This document shows, in pieces, positions 23,110-33,545 of a DNA stretch of 33,545 nt. Source of the DNA: Sphaeroforma arctica JP610 (Eukaryota); the NCBI RefSeq assembly GCF_001186125.1, contig NW_014040207.1, positions 37,171-70,715 of the forward strand, in the 5' to 3' direction. The notes beneath the pieces are model-generated. The model saw only the letters and a list, made by a program, of their open reading frames with translations, was not told where the DNA came from and did not search any database. The number at the start of each line of letters is the position of its first letter. Position 1 is the first letter of the stretch. The position numbers were made by a program, and so were the translations under genes.

Positions 23110-24500
23110 TTTCCACACGGGTGACGTATCGTGGGAAACTTTCACCTCTATTCAATAAAACGAATGGCATACTTCAAAGTTTGATTGTCGGTCCACAGCT
23201 TTATATTATTCATATGGACTACCTGGCTATTACGCTTGCGCAATTTCGGCCGAAACTCCTCCGCTCCTACCTCTTTGTAGATGACATGCGCATCCAGTCT
23301 CTGCAGTCTGTTCAGTTGCAACCCTTCCTGAACGCGATCGATGATTGGGGTCGACAATCCAGTCTAGAACAAAGGACTCTTAAGCTCCGAAAGATACTGC
23401 ACGAGGTACGGTTTCTCCGTATCAAAGGACACCTCATCACGCCAACGCTAGTAGGCTTCCCAAATGCGAACACTTTCAACAAGACGCCTATTTAACCCTC
23501 CCATGCCTATGGCGGCGGAACTCTCTGACATCTGTCCACAGCCTTCTAGATACTTGGTATTTCAACTGTCCCAGGGCATACCAGGCATCGACTTTGTAGA
23601 ACACATGGACCATCTTGTGGCAGCATTACTCTAGGCTATAGTGTCCTTCTGGGCGTATGGGTTTCACGGATTCAGCTGGCGCCATTCGCGAAATTGGTTG
23701 AAAATATTCAAGACATTCATTTTTTCGGCGGCCACCTATGGTCTAAATATCATTACATGGGCTCCATCTATTTGGCATGCCGCGGTATATCCATTGTGTG
23801 AGCGGTAGAACTCAGCATTAATTCAATCAGCAGCTATCATAACAAGCAATATATTCACAAAACTCCCATACCAGCGCATACGGCTTCTTAGCTTTTGCGA
23901 TTTACTTCCAGTACGCCATTGCGGAGTACCTTGGTGGCTGCCTGGGACTAACCCACTCGCCCCACTTACGAGACCCGCTTGGACACGTAACAGACCTCCG
24001 GACAATTTTCCGTTCAGTGTTTACGGTTATCTAGAATCAAAGGGCGGGTGCACACCTTTACACAAAGAACTCCGCAAGTACCGCGAGTAGATTCGACATA
24101 ATACCACACAACGTCTCACAACCAAGAAGATAGCAGGCAAGGCTCACCGCCAATACTACTATCGACTTATAAGGGGAGAACTTCCCATCACGGACCGAGA
24201 AGAGCAATACCATGATAGCTTTACCCATTGCCGCAAACACACCCAAATCCGCCTTTGTACCATAGTAGCAACCAACGTGTTCCTTTTCAAATTTCTTGAA
24301 TATCGTACTGGTGGATGCCTCTGTCCTGTGTGGCCCGGAGAAAAGACTTTTACGTCCAGCCACTTTGCGTGTATCAGTTCTCTGATACGGCGTATTCTGG
24401 TGGGCCCTAATCTACCCTAATTGGACAGGACTTACTACAACAACTACAGGATCGGCATGATTACCACGGCATATGGACTCTCCACGAACATCTCGGGAGC
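23110..24500 (+). mobile_element. Second decayed LINE copy of the same family: RT C-terminal half plus C-terminal domain
   Basis: TRVTYRGKLSPLFNKTNGILQ...LAQFRPKLLRSYLFVDD and FWAYGFHGFSW...FKTFI closely parallel 18070-18728; Cys/His motif CLCPV...SHFAC near 24320-24370. Confidence 0.85.
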
Positions 24501-24599
24501 CTCCTTCTCCATGAACAAAAGGCACCGATTTATCCACATTCAGTACTAGTCGATAGATTGATGTTCCCCATACCCCGTCTCATCACTCTAGTGAAGTAC

Positions 24600-25400
24600 T
24601 ATTTCCAGATTTCGGTACCACCTATGATACTTCCCGCTATGGCTAGCCAGAATATTCCAAATACATCAGTTTTGTGGTGTGGTATCGGACAGCCACCAAC
24701 TTCACTCCGAAACAGAATTGCTGATGACAACTTTACCCTCCTTGGTATCAGTCCATACTACTACTACAAGTGTGGGCCAGCTTTATTCCTCACAATGGCA
24801 CACAGGTTTTAGTTCTCACCCAACGGTAGATGTATTCTGTATCTATCGACGTGAACTAACGCACCGTATGTCTTCCATCGTTACATCACGTGCCCCGAGC
24901 TTCTCGCGGCAATTGGACAATCTCAACTGCCCTTCAATTTCCTAGAACCTCTCCAACGAATTTGAAGCAACGTACATGTAGACATATGAAACTTATCCAA
25001 ATTGAAATAAATGTTATTGTCCCTATCTCTATTTTGTCGATTTCGAATTGGACTTCCGCCAATACTTCCTCCGTTTTTCAGTTTATGACATTCTGCTGAA
25101 GTGTGTGATGGTTCTGGGCCATGATAACAACAGAACTTGTTTCGAGATCGTAATTTGTGCTGATAATTGTTGTTCTTAGTAAATGACGATACTGTATGTG
25201 AAACAACTTGTTCAACTATGAAATTCATATTAAGAAACTTTTGAAAGAAAGACTGTTTCTGAATCCTATCCTCTAGTGAAAGACAATCATATATTGTATT
25301 ATGTGACGCACCCGCATCCGGCAACCGACCAGTCATCTATGCCATTGTTTGTTTATCATCCTATCCTGCTGCAGTGATAAGTGCGCGATATTGTTCCATG
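24600..25400 (-). pseudogene. Gag-like remnant with CHHC-type zinc knuckle, probably from an LTR retrotransposon
   Basis: FCCYHGPEPSHTSAECHKLK in ORF 24923-25336 fits a CxxHx(4-5)Hx4C gag knuckle; boundaries approximate. Confidence 0.5.
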
Positions 25401-26799
25401 CACTCCATAATCGACTCCGGCCTGTGATAGGATACTACGTGTTGTAAAGTACTATCAACTTCTTGGCGTTGCTATGGAGTAATGCGAAATCGAACTCATA
25501 TTACTACTAGAAGCAACAATGGCGGCACTACTGTACGAATCGTTTTGAACATTGGGTCCGTAGTCATATATCGTTGTATAGCATTCTACGGAATACCTTT
25601 CTCCATCGCGAAGTCAGCTATTGTTTTAGACGCGAATATCCCATATTTAGTTCTGGTGATTGGAAGAACTGTGCTATAGTGCTACGTAAATTCTCGATCC
25701 ATAAGGGAAAATCAAATGCTTCCAGCAACTTTGGAACCTTATTACTGGCACAAATATTTTAAAATTCCCGTGAGTCATGGTTGACGCGTTGATGTATCTG
25801 TAGGTGTATTTCTCCGTAGCAAAATACGTGGTTACTCCGGAAAGAAATCACAAAGCGTGATATAGGTCCAGTGTCGTATTCCACCTGGCAACATTCCAAA
25901 TATTTTCTCCACTACTGATTAGTTGCCTTGAACCTCTACATTTGAGTAAAAACCCTATATTAAAATCTTTTTATTATTATAAATAACCCCATCCATCGAC
26001 TAAGGGGATCCGATTTTAAAGAACCATGTCCAATTTACCGATCCCGGAATCAGTCGAAACCTCGATATTTTTTGGATCTACAGTATCGAAAAATCTTCTA
26101 AATCCGGTGGAAAAAGCGCCATATCGATCTGTAGATCGAGTATAGATACTTAAAGTGTAGAAGTACAGGTTGTGAAGTGTTCAATGCAGCAATGCAATTC
26201 CATCAGATGTTAATACAGTCTGTGATTACTGATGTTTAGAAAATCAGCGTGAGTAGGTGTACGTGTAAGTTTAGTAAATGCGATGATTGCCTGGTATGCG
26301 CGCGTTGCGCATGTACTTGCAATGGGCCGCAGCAGTAGCTAGATTGATAGGAAGAGGGGCCGTCCTGGGGATCCAAAGGTAGTGCATGAATATACGACTC
26401 GTATTTCTAACAGATCAGCAGGGAAGCGCGCGAAAGTGACAATTAATGGGCAGAGTTAAGAATTATGTACTGAAGAACTGGCAAGTGCGTCAGCAGGTAG
26501 AACTGTAGACATCCCTTTTATGGCGTCTGTAATTGATATTTGGAAGGCTTTTGGCTGGACAAAAACAACGAAGCCCACCATCCAAAACGATACGCGATCC
26601 AGATGCTATTAAAAAGAAAAACAACCCAGTCGGTTGGAGTTGTATGAGGAAGGGTGTTGTCAGTGGAGCCGTCAGGATGAGCGAGATAATCTATCCGGCA
26701 AATCCAAACGCACTTCTGAAGGACGCAGCTAGCATTAAAAGCAGTTTTGTCAACACAACAAACAAAAACAAGATGCAGTCAGTTCACGAATAGTCTAAC

Positions 26800-27900
26800 G
26801 CACATCTGGCTAGTGCGGTAATCAAAGTATATAATGCTGCTCCGAAAGCAGTATACAGAAGCGCACTTCACGAGCTATGACGGTAAATAGAATGTCAAAC
26901 AATGCACGAAAGGATATGAAGGCAGAAGGCTTATTCACTTTATCAGGGGCAAGGCTGCAGCAGTGGTACACTGACATGAAAACTCTGGCTAGCAGAGACG
27001 CGATCGTCAAACCTGTAGTTAGCCGTTCAAGATTTAACAGCACAGTGCTAGATAATGCAATCTCATTTATTCTGGCAGAGGAGATTCTTGAACATTTAAT
27101 CAGGGAAAGAAAAGTGTGAAGCTGTCAGCAGATGAGACTATCACCCTCCCTTTGCTCACACGCAAGCTGCCATACACGATCGGTATGATCGTCACATCTA
27201 ATAGAAAATCGATCATCTCGTGGGAGCTTTTAGTTTTCACTGTGTACTGGCAGCACTGACGAGCAATGATGAGAAGTTGTTGACTGTCAACGATTATGTA
27301 ACCGGCACTCTAGTTAACGATGTTGTCGTGCAACTACAAATATTAAATCAACGACTTCAGTGCTGAAATCACAAAGAAAAAACACGAGCTGATGAAGACA
27401 TTTCTGAAGCAGTAATACGACAAACACGTTGAACAAGAGGATGACTGCAGCACCCATAGAATACATCACATCACGCGTTAGGCCAGCCCAATAAGGAGAA
27501 GGAAAATGTTGCAATACAGAAGTATAATGGATGCGACTTCTTAGAATACATGTATTCGCAACTAAGTATTGCGATTCAATTTTCTGGAACGAAGTCTCTG
27601 TCAGTGCGAGAAGATGGTCATCGATGTGTGCTTTGAAAAATTGCGCATCTACAGAGGGCACCTGGTACATGTGAAAAACCAACAGAATGCCATCAATGAT
27701 ATACTCATGTGTCTGGAGGGAAGGTGTATCCCAAATAAGGGTAGCTCCAAATCATTCACTACAATTGACTGGAAGATAAAGTGGGAAGCGACATCGGCTC
27801 GAGAAACGGTACAGGAACATTTCGGCAAAAGAGGGTTTAATTGGCACGGGTGTATGACACAGTACTTTGTGAACATTGATTGGGTCGAATTTGAATAAAC
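26800..27900 (+). pseudogene. Decayed DDE DNA transposase, Sola3-like
   Basis: LDNAISFIL...KLSADETITLP, YRGHLVHVKNQ and IDWKIKWEATSARETVQEHFGKRGFNWHG match the recalled D(W/F)xMK...RE...FGKRGxxWH family signature. Stops and frameshifts are present. The superfamily name is from memory. Confidence 0.65.
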
Positions 27901-28640
27901 TACTGGTGCGTGTGTCTTACATTGATTGTCATGCATAGTGAAAATATATATGGTTAATCAAATACTTATATATAATTTATACACAAAGGATAAGCTATCG
28001 ACAAATGTGGCGCAGTACGGTATATAGTCGAAGTAGATCATCTACCCCATCAGGGGCAGTACTATTTCCAGCTTTTGATCCAACTCCAGGGGTTGATGAA
28101 CTCCTCCAGAAGGCGGCCCCCCCGCCATGATACCGGCCAACGATTAAGTAATTTGATTCTTGACCGATAACAAGTCTGTTTTGGTATGGTGTGGTCAAGT
28201 AAGGACCTTTGTACAATTATTTTTACTATGTATTGACAAGGTTCACATATCTGTACCTATCTACAACCTTTTCTAGTGAAAACAAATAATGAATGCGTGT
28301 ACCTAAGATGCATCATCGATCATTCTTACACAAGCTATCACTGCTAAATCCCAACTAACTTTATTTGTCTGAGAATTATTTCCCTATAGTAGAACTCAGG
28401 ATATTTCTTGTGAACTTTAGAAGCAAAGAAGATTCATAATAACTATAATTGAATCATATTTTTTGACATATCAGTTACAAATGGGATTTGGCCTACCTTC
28501 TATCAGTTAACATGATGGGTACATGGTCAATGGCTTCAAACTTCAGCACCCGGGTCAAACAGAGCTATAACTTTCCCACCATTACCACATACGCATTCAA
28601 ATGCTCGTTCGTCACTTTTGACAGATATTTAATTAAATGG

Positions 28641-29146
28641 TTTTTCATAGTCTTGTTCTAATACACACATGTGAAACTGTCAGTACCTTACTTGAACTTT
28701 TGACATGTCCTTGCAGTTATCGGCGTGCCATCCATCATTTCACCTAGTGAGGTTGCAACAAATAAAATGTTTTTCATAGTCTTGTTCTAATGTACACTTG
28801 TAGAATCGTCAGTACTTTCCTTTGGCATGCTCTTGCAGTTATCGGTCAGTGCCATCCATTGGTGTTATTGCAAGTAGAACACTCTTTCATACAACGCCCA
28901 AAGATTGACTTGCACACCACATTTCCTAGAGTCGTGTTTACCATTCCACTTCGCCATTTTTTCATGGTCTTGTTCTAATGTACACTTGTAGAACCGTCAG
29001 TACTTTCCTTTGGCATGCCATTGCAGTTATCGGTCAGTGCCATCCATCGGTGCTATTGCAAGTAGAACGCTCTTTCATACAACGCCCAAAGATTGACTTG
29101 CACACCACATTTCCTAGAGTCGTGCTTACAATTTCACTCGCCATTT
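28641..29146. repeat. ~188-bp tandem duplication (about 28770-28957 and 28958-29146) plus a diverged partial copy near 28641-28740
   Basis: Both copies translate alike (MYTCRxVSTFLWHA...LHTTFPRVV); shared start ttttcat(a/g)gtcttgttctaa. Confidence 0.9.
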
Positions 29147-32100
29147 CATCTAGTGAAGTTAGAACCAGACAACTTGCAAGGTGCACCCGCAGCTTCTTCT
29201 CCCTATTAGAATTTCGAATAGAAGAACGAGCACTACCCGCCCAGCAGTGGTAGTGCGAGGCTTATTAGTGATACGCAAAAATTTGGACCCGCAATCGCGA
29301 TACGCATAGCGGATACAATAGGTAATGCTCGTAGTACTTATGTACTCTGGTAGAAGTGTTGGCATGTTTGTGAACTAGTTTTTTCAAACACAGACCATGG
29401 CCTAAATCGCAGGTCACCGTAAGCAATGATGTTATCGATCACATTCTTAAAGAGGTTAGTCCCCATAGTCGCCGTCATCTGGCATATCAACTAATATTCG
29501 CCAGTGAAGTACGACATCTATCGCACGGTTCATATGCGTCATATGAGCAAGTGTACTTCGTATGGTAGTTTCGTTAGCGAATGACTCGAGACTCGAGAAG
29601 TTCACCATCAAAAAAACAAATCACGATATTTTTACGTACACGATATTTTTACGTAACTGGTTACATTTCAAAGTAGAGTCTTTCAATTAGACTCGTGATC
29701 TTTCAGGATAGTGCGCCATTCATTAGGCTCGCAGAAGTATATGAAAGCATTCATTGTTTAGAATAAGCATACAATTCCTTAAGTTAATCGAACATTTCAT
29801 TGTAGTGACACATCACGGCGATATTCTTTACACACTCTTGCACCTAAATCCCAAGCCGAGCACTCGCCTACGCCTTTCATAGATTCCCAATCAAATTGTC
29901 GCTCACGTTCTACTTAAGAGTAAGACCTATTCAGCACACGCTGCCTTACTCAAGCGTTTGCAAATGTACATATAACCTATTTTATTAGAGTTGCCGAGTT
30001 CTCGTATAGAAGGCGATGCTCCATTTCAATACAGTACATACGGCACACATACGTCTATCGCAACATACACCGTCGTTTTCTGGTTTGCAACCTAGATGTA
30101 GAGCAATTATCCCAGCGTATCGTGGCTGGCTGTGAAAGAGTTTCTACAGCACCTCAGCTCTCATCTGTTGTCATCATGGCATTGGTTCTACATTTAATCG
30201 CTTTAAAGGAAATGTGATCAAATTTACACACACTATTGTATTTGAGTCGTACAGCTGATAAAGTCATACAAACTACAAAAGTCATTCTAGATTCAATCCA
30301 GTGGGCTCCCTGCTGCTATAGAAATACTGCTAGTTGAGATGTTACTTTCTTATTCTCATCAAACAGCAAATGTAGACGAATAAGAATTGGCACTGCATCA
30401 GTACATATCATTACTAGATTGATACCACTTGTCATCCTATTCGTCTCATCAAGCTTCCACTCACATAGCGCGTAGACGTTCTTCATATAGGTACTTGCTA
30501 TCTGTGATTTCACAAGTAACAATAGTCTGGCAGCTAGTTCATCCATAGTTGAAATCACTTTATAAACATACATAGGAGGGATCATGAATTTTACTAGTCC
30601 GGCTGTATCTGATGACTGGCTTGGAGGCGGTCGATCGTTGCTGCAAAGTACTGGTGCGTTGCATTTGGCCACCGCCTCATTTAGGGGTGTATCAGAGTAT
30701 AAAATCCATTAAGGAGCTCCTCGTCTTAAAAATCTTTCATGAAATTGTTTAAGAGCTTCTTGAACCGCTATTATAGACTTCGTTGTGTAGAAAAACCGTA
30801 AAACTATTCGCTCATATTCGTTTACTACTGTCTATTTTGCGCCGCAGTACCGTCTCATATTTTGTCACGTATTTATTTCGTAATTTTAAAGGAATGATCC
30901 CATTTTACTATTGTCACGAGCTCTTGCATTCGCAAGTCATTATGCAGACAGATACTTTCTTTCAGTGCATGTATTACTGCTCCTAGCTATTTATTGGAAA
31001 GTAGAAGCCTTCATACCCTTCCTATCATAGAAAGAAGATCAAAGTTTTGCTTTTCTACCGTAGCCTGGTTGAATGATAACTGTACTTTGACAGCGATCCC
31101 GCTTAGCCACAAGGATGAGACAGGTAGCTAATTAGAACCCTGGTACTTCACAGTCGTTGCACGTCTAGACGAAAGCTAATAGCAGCAGTGTCACGATGCG
31201 ACCCTTGGATTGTTTGACCAGCCACGTGTTGTTGTATTGATAGATCTACGATAGGGAATTACAGTTCTATGCCGAAATAAAGGGTCGGAAGCCAGACAAG
31301 AATATCAGGATAGTAATAGGCATTTGGTACTTATTTAATTTATTGTCCCTTCTCATCGGCTCAGGGGCGCACACCCAAATTGAACTATTCAGATGCTCCA
31401 ATATCATAAAAAGGAATTTTGTTTACACAAAATCGGCTCATTTTTGAGTACACTTTTTCTATATAGTCTTCAACACCATACCTGACCGTATTATAATCAC
31501 GCTCAGGTACATCGCCATTTTCGCGGGTATTGATTTGTGAAGGATGCATTACCGTGTCAATTGGCATGTCTTCATTTATTACCACGAACGATGTCTTCTT
31601 GACACTACAGTGGAATAGTTTTAATGGTTGATATGACTATTGTCCCGAATAGAGTTGCCTAATCGGTCGGTAGGTTTCGGCCGAGAAGTGCAGATACACT
31701 CTGTCGACCGGCGCCAGGACGGACACCGCCAGGGGCCTTGGTAGCGTCATCTAGACGACCTTGTTTTACGTTTGAGAGGCATGGATATTAAAGTGTACGC
31801 GCAAATATAGATATGAAAGTCTGAGTGTATCGTGTGTTCCTGAAGTTATTTGTGAACTAATAATTGGTTTACAAGTTTATGAGGGTAGCGAGCGACAATA
31901 CAGTAGCTAATATATTGTGAACATACATATTTTTCTGTTGATAAAACTATATACAGAAACTGGTTTCTAGGGAAGGCTCTGCCTTCCAAAAGGTTTTTAT
32001 GCTGACATAAAAAGACCTACAGTATGACCGGAGAACCCATTTCTTTTGTATTCGTCTAACAAGCACATAGTTTTAAGTTTCGTTCGATAAATATGCATGT

Positions 32101-32329
32101 GCAGCATACATAAAAGATCTAGCCAGCGATTTATGTCAATAATTACATCTTCATTGTGGCAAGATGAGAGAGGTACAGTGTGGATATGTATACAATTATG
32201 AACACTGATTACAAATTTAGTCGTTTGTATTTTACTTTGAAAAATTGGATTTATTCGAGGTCAACTGTTCTCGACCTATTTGGTCCATGTCACGACTCAT
32301 GCTAGTCACTTTGGCACCAAGCATAGTAT

Positions 32330-33313
32330 TTACAGATCAAGATGTTTGACGTGTTGCTCGATGTGTGGGTACACGTTCTTGTTGAACTCGGATTGCAATT
32401 GGTCGATGTATTGTTCAACGGTGACGTTCTTCATACCAACGATCTGTTATAGAAGGAAGGAATCAAGTGATATGAGAAAACCAATGGCAGCATAGAGTAC
32501 CTGAAGAGGAGACTTAGAAGTGTTCACCCTCTACCGAAATTGAGCACGGCGCAAGTGCAATCATCATAATCTCCCGTCAAATAGTAAAAACACTAACTCA
32601 AAAAGTACGCACCAAACGTGTATGCACATATATGGACGCACTCAATTTAACAACATATAGATAAGGCGTACGCATTCGTACAAGTAGGTGCAACCGCGTA
32701 GACATACACAGCGAATTCTGCAAGGAGCCGCCGTTTGCACCGGCATCAATCGGTACAAATAAAAAGTCCACAGACCACTACTTGCACATAAGATAAACCT
32801 TAGAAACACGCGAGGTACCAATAACATATCACCACCTAACAAGGGGCAATTGGAAGAGACGAATAGATTGATACAACCAGGCAAGGGGCAATTGGAAGAG
32901 ACGAATAGATTGATACAACCAGGCAAGGGGAAATTGGAAGAGACGAATAGATTGATACAACCAGGCAAGGGGGAGTGCAGTGTATCCATTCGACTAAACA
33001 ACACGTACGTGCACAACACACACAGCGGATAGCCTACAGCTGCGAAGACACCGACCTACATACAGGCCCGCGCTTATAAGGTACTCTTCTTGTTCATACT
33101 AATATATGCCGTGTATTCAGATTCTCCTTAGAAAAAAATCATACACACCTGGGTGATAACGATGACAAACGCAAAGTAGCTGCCCAGGAACGCGACAGTG
33201 CGCATGGGAGCCAGTCCAATGGCGTAGAAGATTGCGTGGAAGATGCGGCAACCCAGGAACAGACGACAGGCAAGGTGCATGGCATTGCTGTGCACTCCGG
33301 CGTTATCAGCGAT
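32330..33313 (-). CDS. MAPEG-family membrane protein (microsomal GST-like), last two exons: 33313-33149 and 32443-32330; 5' part outside window
   Basis: ttcag|IADNAGVHSNAMHLACRLFLGCRIFHAIFYAIGLAPMRTVAFLGSYFAFVIVITQ|gtgtgt carries the MAPEG FxxxRxxHxxxY...R pattern. It joins in phase 0 to ttccttccttctataacag|IVGMKNVTVEQYIDQLQSEFNKNVYPHIEQHVKHLDL*. Confidence 0.8.
32840..32972. repeat. 42-bp tandem repeat x3 in the MAPEG intron
   Basis: Unit caaggggcaattggaagagacgaatagattgatacaaccagg. Confidence 0.95.
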
Positions 33314-33545
33314 CTGAATATAGTAGAAGCATGTATTAGCTATTGTAATACATGGCGTTATCAGCGATCTGAATATAGTAGAAGCATGTATTAGCTATTG
33401 TAATACATGGCGTTATCAGCGATCTGAATATAGTAGAAGCATGTAATAGCTATTGTAATACATGGCGTAATCAGCGATCTGAATATAGTAGAAGCATGTA
33501 TTAGCTATTGTAATACATGGCGTAATCAGCGATCTGAATATAGTA
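33299..33545 (-). repeat. 55-bp tandem repeat (at least 4.5 copies) containing the MAPEG acceptor and the first 15 exon nt
   Basis: + strand unit ggcgttatcagcgatctgaatatagtagaagcatgtattagctattgtaatacat; the minus strand reads ...tattcag|ATCGCTGATAACGCC. Confidence 0.92.

Noticed and set aside
24840..24880. Possible retroviral protease DTGA motif downstream of the gag knuckle
   Set aside because: Needs multiple frameshifts to reconstruct; not supportable.
28640..28990. LEQDYEK-like peptides on the minus strand suggesting Sel1-like repeats
   Set aside because: The rest of the Sel1 consensus is absent and frames are broken; too weak.
32642..33055. 125-aa minus-strand ORF or extra MAPEG exon starting at 33055
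   Set aside because: Mostly the 42-bp repeat inside the intron; the 32443 acceptor has a much better pyrimidine tract and a clean terminal exon.

Overview
Eukaryotic genomic DNA with GT-AG introns full of microsatellites and two N gaps. The style suggests a protist such as an ichthyosporean, which is inference only. 841-13068 (+) holds the last 13 exons of a nucleoporin Nup205/Nup192 gene: about 775 codons join in frame and the 5' part lies outside the window. A convergent intronless orphan ORF follows (13475-14200, -). 14.9-30.7 kb is a transposon graveyard: two decayed APE+RT LINEs, the 3' end of a Gypsy/chromovirus-like LTR element (integrase, GPY motif, probable chromodomain, PPT, LTR with 38-bp repeats), a gag zinc-knuckle remnant and a Sola3-like transposase remnant. 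The last two exons of a MAPEG-family membrane protein gene lie at 32330-33313 (-). The most striking unexplained pattern is that real splice junctions (exon edge plus splice site) are tandemly amplified into intronic minisatellites in both host genes. Also notable are telomere-like repeats in the introns and a prion-like GYG/RG insert in Nup205. Family assignments come from recalled motifs; no searches were run.
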